From Planctopirus limnophila DSM 3776 (lineage in GTDB: Bacteria > Planctomycetota > Planctomycetia > Planctomycetales > Planctomycetaceae): a DNA stretch of 32,000 bases. Below are positions 8,401-15,641 of this stretch, in pieces. The position numbers and the translations under genes were made by a program. The notes beneath the pieces are model-generated. The model ran no database searches. It was not told the origin of the DNA and saw nothing but the letters and a program-made list of their open reading frames with translations. The stretch's first letter is position 1. Each line of letters begins with the position of its first letter. Where the stretch lies: assembly GCF_000092105.1 (NCBI RefSeq), contig NC_014148.1, positions 1,320,001 through 1,352,000 of the forward strand. Direction: 5' to 3'.

Positions 8401-11400
8401 TAACCGATGCGCCAGCGGATCGACATTGGCAATCGTCTGACCTGCCCGGTCATAGACTGTGGTCACTCGCCCGCCATTGGCATTGACCTGAACGATGGTT
8501 CGTCCAGCAGCATCGTAGACAGTGCTGCTGCGATATCCCAGTGGGTTGATCGTCGCGATTGTCTGGCTGGCCGGATTATAAAGAGTTGTGACACGTTGCA
8601 GCAGTGGATTGATGGTGGCGATCTGCCGCCCGGCGAGGTCGTAGAGCATGGTGGATCGCTGGTTGAGTGGATCCAGCATCGCCACTGTTCGACTGGCAGC
8701 ATTATAGATGGTAGTCGATCGCCCATTCAGTGGATTGATCGAGGCCATCGCTCGACCATCGGGATCGTAGAGTGTCGTTGAGCGCTGGGCGAGAGCGTTC
8801 ACTGTGGCAATCGACTGCCCAGCGGGATCATAAATGGTGGTGGTTCGCTGCTGACGAGCGTCAATGCTGGCCAACAGCCTTCCCGCTCCGTCGTAGATGG
8901 AACTGGTGCGATAACCGAGAGGATTAACCTGCGAGATCGTTTCGCTGGCCGCATTGTAGACCGTGGTCGATCGCTGCAGCAGTGGGTTGATGTTGGCAAT
9001 GACTCGTCCGGCGAGATCGTAAAGGGTTGTTGTTCTTTCCAGCAGCGGGTTCGTTATTCGCAGAGGTCGTCCAGCCAGGTTGTAAGTCGTTGTGGTCCGG
9101 AATCCGAGAGGATTCACGCTGGAGATTGCTTCACTGGCAGCGTTGTAGACCGTGGTGGTGCGATTACCCAGCGGATTCACACTCGCAATGGTTCTCCCAG
9201 CAAGATCGTAGAGTGTGGTGGTCCGCTCGTTGAGCGGGTTGATTCCTGCGATGACTTGGCTGGCCGCATCGTAAACGGTGGTAGAACGCCGGGAGAGGGG
9301 ATCAATCGACGCGACGACCTGGCTGTTGAGGTCGTAAATGGATGTGGTTCGATTCCCGAGAGGATCCACCGCGGCAATCACTCGACCATTGGCATCGTAA
9401 ACAGTGGTGCTGACTTCAGAAAGAGGATTGATGCTCGCGATCGACCGGCCTGCGAGATCGTAGATGGTTGTCGTCCGCTCCAGCATTGGAGTGACATTCG
9501 CAATAACCTCAGCAGCAGCGTTGTAGATGGTTGTGGTACGGTAACCAAGAGGGTTGACCCCAGCGATGTTTCGGCCTGCGGAATCGTAGACAGTCGTCGC
9601 GCGTTCATTCAATGGATTGATATTGGCGATGGTCCGCGAAGCCTGATCGAAAATGGTCGTTGATCGGCGAGCCAAAGGATCGAGGCTGGAGATTGCTTCC
9701 CCGGCAGCGTTGTAAACGGTAGTGGTGCGATTGCCCAGAGGATTCACGCTCGCAATGGTTCTGCCAGCGAGATCGTAGAGTGTGGTGGTCCGCTCGTTGA
9801 GAGGGTTGATTCCTGCGATGACCTGGCTGGCCGCATCGTAAACGGTGGTTGAACGCCGGGAGAGGGGATCGATCGATGCGACGACCTGACTGTTGAGGTC
9901 GTAAATGGAAGTGGTTCGATTTCCCAGGGGATCCACTGCGGCAATCACTCGACCATTGGCATCGTAGACGGTGGTGCTAACTTCAGAAAGAGGACTGATG
10001 CTCGCGATCGACCGGCCTGCGAGATCGTAGATGGTTGTCGTCCGCTCCAGCATTGGAGTGACATTCGCAATAACCTCAGCAGCAGCGTTGTAGATGGTTG
10101 TGGTACGGTAACCAAGAGGGTTGACCCCAGCGATGTTTCGGCCTGCGGAATCGTAGACAGTCGTCGCGCGTTCATTCAATGGATTGATATTGGCGATGGT
10201 CCGCGAAGCCTGATCGAAAATGGTCGTTGATCGGCGAGCCAAAGGATCGAGGCTGGAGATTGCTTCCCCGGCAGCGTTGTAAACGGTAGTGGTGCGATTG
10301 CCCAGAGGATTCACGCTCGCAATGGTTCTGCCAGCGAGATCGTAGAGTGTGGTGGTCCGCTCGTTGAGAGGGTTGATTCCTGCGATGACCTGGCTGGCCG
10401 CATCGTAGGTGGTCGTCGAAACACGGTTTAGCGGATCGATACTGGCTACTGCCCGACTATCGATATCGTAGAGAGTTGTCGTTGTGTGGTTCAGTGGATC
10501 AATCTGAGCAACCGTGCGGCTAGCAGCATCGTAGACAGTGGTCGTCACTTCTCCCAAGGGGTTGACGTTCTCGATTGCGCGGCCAGCTACATCGAAGACT
10601 GTGGTAATGCGGAATCCTAAAGGATTGACAGTGGCAATAGAACGGCTGGCGTCATCGTAGACCGTCGTGGTGCGTTCACCCAGGGGTTGAATAATGGCAA
10701 TGGTACGACCGGCAGCGTCGTAGAGACTGGTGGTGCGTTCGCTCAGAGGGTTGATATTGGCGATAACTCGGCTGGCCAGATCGTAGATCATGGACGTTCG
10801 CCGCCCCAGCGGATCGATTTGAGCAATCGTCTGCCCGGCCTTGTTGTAGCAGGTCGTGCTCGTTTGATTCAGCGGATTGACACTTGCGATCCTCCTGCCC
10901 GCGAGATCGTAGATTGAGGTCGATCGCTGCGACATGGGATTCATGCTCGCAATCGTCCAACCGGCTGCGTTGTAGATGGTGGTGGAACGACGGGCCAGAG
11001 GATCGACTGAAGCAATCGAGCGTCCTGCAGCATCGTAAACCGTCGTCGTCGATTGATTGAGTGGGTTCGTCGAGCGAACGACTTCTCCGGCAGCGTTGTA
11101 GGTGGTTGACGTGCGACGACCGAGGGGATCAATGGACGCAATTGTTCGGCTGGCAGCATCGTAGACTGTCGTGCTGCGAAACCCGAGTGGTGTGACTGAA
11201 GCAATCGTGCGATTGGCGAGGTCATAGACCGTCGTTGAGCGTTCCGCCATTGGATTGAGCATTGCGACTGGGCGGCTAGCGACATCGAAGATTGTCGAGA
11301 TTCGATCCGACAGGGGATTCAATGAAGCGATGGTTCGGCTTTGGATATCATAAACTGTTGTATTTCGTTCCCAAAGCGGATTGATACTTGCCACCATTCG

Positions 11401-13602
11401 ACCACCATCATCGTAGATCGTCGAATTGCGGTAGCCGAGAGGATTGATGGTGGCGATCGTCTGGCTGGCCGCGTTGTAGAGGGTGGTCGTCCGCTCGGAT
11501 TGAGGGTTGATTGTGGAGATCTGACGTCCCAGGGCGTCATAAATCGTGGATGAGCGGCGACCGAGTGGATCAATGGTGGCAATCACTCGATCATTGGCAT
11601 CAAAAATGGATGTTGTACGTTCATTGAGCGGGTTGATCGTAGCGTAAGGACGTTTAACGATATCGTACAACGTGGTCGTCACATCACCTAAGGGATTGGT
11701 TGTGCGAACCACATTGCCGTCGGCGTTGTAAGCCATCGACGTCCGCTGTCCCATGGGATTGATTGTGGCAATCCGGCGGGAATTCTGGTCATAAACCATG
11801 CTGGTCCGTCGACCCAGCGGATCGATTGTGGCAGACACCAGCCCCTGTAAGTCATAGAGAGTCGTAGTTCGCTGGCCCAGAGGGTTAATGATGACTGATC
11901 GATTGAGTTCAGGATCGGAGATCGAGGTGGTACGATGATTCAGGGGATTGATGGTGACAACATCGGATCCATCGGCACTGTAGAGATAGGTGGTGATACC
12001 TCCGGTTGGCTCAGTGCTTTGAACCACTCGTCCAAGAATATCTCGCACAAGTGTGGTGCGACCTCCAAGCGGCTGAATTGTCACGATGGGATTCAGAGCT
12101 GAGTCATACAGATAAGTTGTTCGTGCACCGACTGAGTCAATTTCCGCTGTAAGAGTTCCATTATCGGCGTAAATTTGTGTCGTACGACGTCCGAGCGGAT
12201 CAATGACCCCGATGAGTTGTCCTTGTAAATCATAGATCGATGTCGTTCGGCTACCCAATGCATCAACGACCGCAGAAATCTGATTGTTGGAATTCCATAC
12301 GGCGAGGGATGCATCACCCCCAGGAATCGCTCCAGAGATCAATTGTCCTACTGAATTATACGCAAATTGGCTTTCGGTATCATCAGGCCAATGGATGTTC
12401 TCCAAGACAGACACGCCAGTTGAAGTCAATCCGTAACCAAATGTTGTCACAGCTCCGGCAGGGCTGACAAGTCTTTGAAGTTGCCCCTGGGTATTCCAAG
12501 AGTAAGTGGTAACCTGTGACAGTGGAGCTCTGATACTAGACACATAAAGCCACGAATTGTACGAAATCGTGGTGATGCCTCCGGAGGGATCAACAACTTT
12601 TGTATGAGGGTTTCCGAAGGTGTATGTATAAACTCCACCTCCCGGAAGTGTCATTTGTCTGACACGGGAAACATTATCGTACGCGTAAGTGACTCGGCGA
12701 CCTGAAGTTTCGATATGTGTCGTCATTTGATGGGCCGAATCATAGACCATCGTTATGACTTTTGCATCGGGTCGAATGATCTGTGTCAGATTCCCAGAAC
12801 TGTCAATTGTAAAAGTAGTTCGGCGGCCTGATGGGTCTACAATCGTGCGTACGTTTCCTGAGGAATCGTAAGAGAACGTAGTGGCCTTGTTTCCGGGTGA
12901 TGTGACTTTCGTGACCTGACCTGTCGCATTGCGAAAAAAAGTCCATCCAAGAGTACCATTACTGTTAATTGAGGTGAGTAAGCCATCAGAGGAGTATCTT
13001 CTTGATAGGCCATCTCCAAAATTTTCAACAAACTCTCCAGAGGAGATCTGCTGCAGGCTTGTAGTTAGTGATCCTGGACTCTTGAAAAAGCCTGTTGATG
13101 AACTTTTGTCTGTATAACGCGCAGTCTCCCCGCTACCTCCAATCGTAATCGCCGTTGAAGAGTCAATCATGCTGACGACGGGATTAAAGACGTTAGCCCA
13201 GCCATAGCCATAGCCACTGTTTGTCATCGCGGCACGTGCGGCATAAGTCAAGTTTGGTAACGCAGCGGCTCCACCAACTTCGGGCGGTTCAAATTGGTAG
13301 GATAGATTCCCAGTGGAAATGTTGATCTCTGCAGGAGAGCTTGTCGCGCCGGGTAGTACTGGGAGAGTCTGGCTCTGAGCTTCCTCCACAAATCCAACTG
13401 ATTCGGCAAGTGCGTCCAAAGATGCTTGTTGCGTCTGCGGACGTACTCCGAGATTCGTTTGACACGAACTGCGGGGTGAACATTTGCTGTTGCGCAGCGA
13501 TTTGTAATTCGGAGCATCCTTCTTTGGCTTGTATCTTGCAGGTATGGAGATACCGATTGGAGATTTTGCAGCACCACATGTTGTTGACGATCCGCAGCCC
13601 AT
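5407..13602 (-). CDS. Giant RHS/YD-repeat polymorphic toxin protein (about 2730 aa)
   Basis: Dozens of 21-aa YD-type repeats (consensus NPLGxRTTTVYDAAGRxIAxI). The core end motif is EDPLGLAAGDSNFYRYVGNDPINRTDPSGL, with DPSGL at 6952..6966, followed by an about 514-aa variable C-terminus. The maximal ORF starts at GTG 13719, which overlaps the upstream gene by 44 nt. ATG 13602, preceded by GGAG at -11..-8 (6-nt spacer), is preferred. Confidence 0.93.
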   Translation of the reverse strand: MGCGSSTTCGAAKSPIGISIPARYKPKKDAPNYKSLRNSKCSPRSSCQTNLGVRPQTQQASLDALAESVGFVEEAQSQTLPVLPGATSSPAEINISTGNLSYQFEPPEVGGAAALPNLTYAARAAMTNSGYGYGWANVFNPVVSMIDSSTAITIGGSGETARYTDKSSSTGFFKSPGSLTTSLQQISSGEFVENFGDGLSRRYSSDGLLTSINSNGTLGWTFFRNATGQVTKVTSPGNKATTFSYDSSGNVRTIVDPSGRRTTFTIDSSGNLTQIIRPDAKVITMVYDSAHQMTTHIETSGRRVTYAYDNVSRVRQMTLPGGGVYTYTFGNPHTKVVDPSGGITTISYNSWLYVSSIRAPLSQVTTYSWNTQGQLQRLVSPAGAVTTFGYGLTSTGVSVLENIHWPDDTESQFAYNSVGQLISGAIPGGDASLAVWNSNNQISAVVDALGSRTTSIYDLQGQLIGVIDPLGRRTTQIYADNGTLTAEIDSVGARTTYLYDSALNPIVTIQPLGGRTTLVRDILGRVVQSTEPTGGITTYLYSADGSDVVTINPLNHRTTSISDPELNRSVIINPLGQRTTTLYDLQGLVSATIDPLGRRTSMVYDQNSRRIATINPMGQRTSMAYNADGNVVRTTNPLGDVTTTLYDIVKRPYATINPLNERTTSIFDANDRVIATIDPLGRRSSTIYDALGRQISTINPQSERTTTLYNAASQTIATINPLGYRNSTIYDDGGRMVASINPLWERNTTVYDIQSRTIASLNPLSDRISTIFDVASRPVAMLNPMAERSTTVYDLANRTIASVTPLGFRSTTVYDAASRTIASIDPLGRRTSTTYNAAGEVVRSTNPLNQSTTTVYDAAGRSIASVDPLARRSTTIYNAAGWTIASMNPMSQRSTSIYDLAGRRIASVNPLNQTSTTCYNKAGQTIAQIDPLGRRTSMIYDLASRVIANINPLSERTTSLYDAAGRTIAIIQPLGERTTTVYDDASRSIATVNPLGFRITTVFDVAGRAIENVNPLGEVTTTVYDAASRTVAQIDPLNHTTTTLYDIDSRAVASIDPLNRVSTTTYDAASQVIAGINPLNERTTTLYDLAGRTIASVNPLGNRTTTVYNAAGEAISSLDPLARRSTTIFDQASRTIANINPLNERATTVYDSAGRNIAGVNPLGYRTTTIYNAAAEVIANVTPMLERTTTIYDLAGRSIASISPLSEVSTTVYDANGRVIAAVDPLGNRTTSIYDLNSQVVASIDPLSRRSTTVYDAASQVIAGINPLNERTTTLYDLAGRTIASVNPLGNRTTTVYNAAGEAISSLDPLARRSTTIFDQASRTIANINPLNERATTVYDSAGRNIAGVNPLGYRTTTIYNAAAEVIANVTPMLERTTTIYDLAGRSIASINPLSEVSTTVYDANGRVIAAVDPLGNRTTSIYDLNSQVVASIDPLSRRSTTVYDAASQVIAGINPLNERTTTLYDLAGRTIASVNPLGNRTTTVYNAASEAISSVNPLGFRTTTTYNLAGRPLRITNPLLERTTTLYDLAGRVIANINPLLQRSTTVYNAASETISQVNPLGYRTSSIYDGAGRLLASIDARQQRTTTIYDPAGQSIATVNALAQRSTTLYDPDGRAMASINPLNGRSTTIYNAASRTVAMLDPLNQRSTMLYDLAGRQIATINPLLQRVTTLYNPASQTIATINPLGYRSSTVYDAAGRTIVQVNANGGRVTTVYDRAGQTIANVDPLAHRLTMVYDAAGQQIRQVNPLGLRTTMAYDPAGKLIVKIDPRSLRVSTTYDAASRPAVRNAAGSLMTWTYDAAGQPTITGTSVGRFTRTYDPIGQVVSLTYAYGQVLQWNWNAVGQRSRLIHPGGARTTYSYDANQRMTSLVNPQSQRTTWAYDANGQVVLKSVGNLVTTYVYDPAGRTTAIGAGTFGSLFAYRYDAAGRKQTCIEDSGIRTTWSYDPAGQLTTERANISGFSRTSYTYDPAGNLLVKTVDDDDSFSYTYNAANQQLSNGVYSYTYDLAGNRRSMIDSNDNITTFTYDALNHNIAFESPLGAVVTYTWAPVNKANDERQIERNDGAEIVRYIWDDQSILKEVDEFGIVVAENTVQPGGYGKLISRREDDVTSRYLFDDLGSTRSLFDNSGPADEYRYEAFGRQISSTGSTENPYTWVGEQGYRQDEETGLANLRARDYDPQAARFTSEDPLGLAAGDSNFYRYVGNDPINRTDPSGLDESARVVTAPPEIIGGSKLVVVEGAKNPELNGFVGQLIHRDSQEVVVRTVDLPFGIGMQDQLCVLRKQVELAVRSGSVIKSSDWNAWFLKNGQPCTGFKTPVAAFGKSSPVNAGSQSSTCTTPNKTDQSIKDCLEKAYKELGVKSVEDLLDVSDSKIASRLFDNGDCCPIFHSKDFAGRLCRIKVDVGCEPVYLWLLYESPGFFTGGRLRIVGQGNGSDEEMRRICAEFFRNSSEQVCENFKNRFPILGTINQASQGQWGGAALSAIGDATLVLGGLGAAFKSTTLLKAASAVSLGGGAVHAGKGLYHLINGDYDAAAADSLAAILYLWGSNTCRSQCNRSVKRTYEFNGSWDDLFPPPDKQTRPRGKYFDELFGMNRGMKAEDLARGVRYFTASEVQAYLVVVDAEGRLIYAQSSQRVNTSRGIYIMDEYGRFFIHPEPKDGVIHHSSLSSGGKVAAAGDISVKDGIVTKLNDSTGHYFKGQIKNGCALKRAANELTQQGAKFDPGVVQPFYE
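9118..10407 (-). repeat. 567-bp (189-aa, nine YD units) intragenic tandem duplication, about 2.3 copies
   Basis: Alternate-frame ORF pairs recur at a +567 offset (9177/9744 and 9378/9945). By eye, 9429..9840 is identical to 9996..10407. The protein block STTVYDAASQVIAGINPLNERTTTLYDLAGRTIASVNPLGNRTT... recurs three times. Confidence 0.9.
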
Positions 13603-13675
13603 GAAGTTCTCCAGTCGAGTGTAGTCTGTTATGAATGCTTGAAAAAAAGGGAAGGCTGTTCTAACAGTGTTTATG

Positions 13676-15589
13676 TTAGCGTTGAACAGGAGAAACACAG
13701 AATGCGTTATGTATTTCACGCATTCGTGCCGGTGTGAGATAGTGGCCTGTGATTAAGTTGTTAGAATGACTGGGCCATGGTCCTCGCTGATCACCTTCAA
13801 ATTGTTTCGAGTCTAAAAGAAGTATGCCAGCATTTTTCAGGAGCTCGGCCACTCCAACATCTTCTGGTACACCCACGTCGAGATCTGGAGCGTCAGCAAT
13901 AACTAAAGCTGACTTCCGGGAGAGAAGATATCCAGCTCCTCCACTCGCAAATCCTCCGTAGTTTCTCCCCACGTAATCAGCTTGAAGGGTTCTTACGAAT
14001 TCCTTGAGTCTTGGAATTGAGACATACGTGTCATCATCGCATTTGAAGAGCCATTTAAAAGAACGGAAGCGAGTTGCCCAGCGGCAGAAATGCTGAACTT
14101 TGTGGATGAGTGTGTCGTAGGTGTCTTTGCAGGGCACCCGAAGTGTTCCAGTGTTTGAGAGCGACATGATATTTGCGTCGCCTTGAATGAAGACACTTTC
14201 AACGTCATCTCCGATTGGGGCCCATGTGTCGCGAATAGCTTCTCTTTTGTCCCGGTGATGGGTTGCAGATAAGACTCCAATGATCAGTTCGACTTCATTC
14301 TGGCGTCTATCGACTGGTGATTGATGGCTCTTTGTAATTAATTTGGACCTGGAGGAAGCATCTGGTAGATCATCAATACGTTGCTCACAATTCAGACAAT
14401 TGATGAGATCTTTTCGTCTCTTGCCCAGAGTGACCAAGCCATGTTTTCGACAATCAAATGTTGTAACCAATTGAGATTGCATCGACGGGCAGCCGATATT
14501 GCAGAGGACAGCTCCGCTTTTTCGTCCGCGAAGAGTGCAGGGAAGCGCCTCCAAGAGTTCCTCTTCACCCGGTTGAAGTTCTGTAAGCAATAGGTTTACT
14601 GTTGCCTTCTTTTGACTGGGAGTTCGACTTTCGAGTGACGATGGAAGTTGACCTCGAAGACGTGGAACGACACCGAGTTCCTTCATTAGATCGTCAAACT
14701 CAACCTCGGTAAGTCGGCCTGGTTTGGTATACGCTGAGCGAATACCTGATAAATCTGGATAACCTAATTCTCGGTATCCAAGAAGGTAATTTTTTGCTCG
14801 TTGTCGCCAGTCAAGTCCGGTGTATGGCACGCCGTCGACATATCCAAATCGATGCACCCAGCGGAGCCAAGGAAGGCACCAGGTTTGCCGACCGGCTTGA
14901 CGATACTTTTCTTGGACGTAACCTTCTTCTCCCCCAAAACCTCGAATTTCGGGATGGAATCCCAGCCAGGAAGTTCTTTTGGCGCTGAAGAGTCCCATCC
15001 CATTCATGACAATACGGAAAGGTGGAAACTCTGGATCTTTTGCTGGCTCGAATACCCCCCAACGTCCAAACATTCCATCATCTCCCCATCTCTCTGAAAA
15101 ATGGGTTCCAACAATTCTTGAGCGGCCATGAGAGTCTTGCATGCTGTAATGAAGACAGGGGCCCTGAAACAAGTCATCTGATGTTTCGGACTCCCAATAA
15201 TTTACTAGCCTGGCAAGAACACCTGGCATGAGCATGACATGGCTGTCAAGACATACAACAGCATAGCCAGTGGCCTGTCGGAAAACTTCTTGCTTAGCTG
15301 GGGCGGTTCCCTGTTTGTCAGTAAAAGGAACGTATCGTGCGTTAGGTATTTGTGATACAAGATCACGATTGGGCTTTCCGTGCTTTCCTTCTGGCGCATT
15401 GTCTATAACGATGATCTCAATTCGGGAGGAGAGATCGTCAGCAAGTTGTGTTTTATGGAGATCAATCAGTGTTGGCCAAAGGCCATTAAAATCGTGGCAG
15501 GTTGGTATCCCCACGGTGAGTACGGGAGTCAAATCTATCTCCTTAGTTGCTTCACCTTTTTGTTGCTCATGAGGCGGTAATGAAGCCAA
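13676..15589 (-). CDS. Bifunctional glycosyltransferase: N-terminal GT-A domain (DSH metal motif) fused to a C-terminal GT31 (beta-1,3-galactosyltransferase/Fringe-like) domain
   Basis: N-terminal motifs: VGIPTCHD, IEIIVIDNAPEG, VVCLDSHV, and FGGEEGYVQEKYRQAG...WVHRF. C-terminal motifs: REAIRDTW, KDTYDTLIHK, FKCDDDTYV, GGAGYLLS and PEDVGV, which match the Galactosyl_T signature blocks. A Cys cluster lies in the linker (CTLRGRKSGAVLCNIGC...CLNC). The 15589 start is TTG. An alternative TTG at 15532 has an AAGGAG 6 nt upstream. Confidence 0.85.
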   Translation of the reverse strand: MASLPPHEQQKGEATKEIDLTPVLTVGIPTCHDFNGLWPTLIDLHKTQLADDLSSRIEIIVIDNAPEGKHGKPNRDLVSQIPNARYVPFTDKQGTAPAKQEVFRQATGYAVVCLDSHVMLMPGVLARLVNYWESETSDDLFQGPCLHYSMQDSHGRSRIVGTHFSERWGDDGMFGRWGVFEPAKDPEFPPFRIVMNGMGLFSAKRTSWLGFHPEIRGFGGEEGYVQEKYRQAGRQTWCLPWLRWVHRFGYVDGVPYTGLDWRQRAKNYLLGYRELGYPDLSGIRSAYTKPGRLTEVEFDDLMKELGVVPRLRGQLPSSLESRTPSQKKATVNLLLTELQPGEEELLEALPCTLRGRKSGAVLCNIGCPSMQSQLVTTFDCRKHGLVTLGKRRKDLINCLNCEQRIDDLPDASSRSKLITKSHQSPVDRRQNEVELIIGVLSATHHRDKREAIRDTWAPIGDDVESVFIQGDANIMSLSNTGTLRVPCKDTYDTLIHKVQHFCRWATRFRSFKWLFKCDDDTYVSIPRLKEFVRTLQADYVGRNYGGFASGGAGYLLSRKSALVIADAPDLDVGVPEDVGVAELLKNAGILLLDSKQFEGDQRGPWPSHSNNLITGHYLTPARMREIHNAFCVSPVQR

Positions 15590-15641
15590 AAAGTCTGTCT
15601 TGCGTGATATTGATTAATGGTCCTGTTGCATACGATTACGT

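Noticed and set aside
7053-13604. Dozens of 60-160-aa ORFs on both strands inside the RHS gene (for example 9177..9377, 9378..9608, 9744..9944, 9945..10175, 8407..8781).
   Set aside because: They recur with the 63-nt and 567-nt periodicity of the RHS repeats and are fully contained in the 8.2-kb ORF. They are frame shadows, not genes.
13603-13719. An N-terminal extension of the RHS ORF (MKYITHSVFLLFNANINTV...), considered as a possible signal peptide.
   Set aside because: The start is GTG, it overlaps the upstream gene by 44 nt, and the hydrophobic run is weak and interrupted. The downstream ATG at 13602 has a GGAG at proper spacing.
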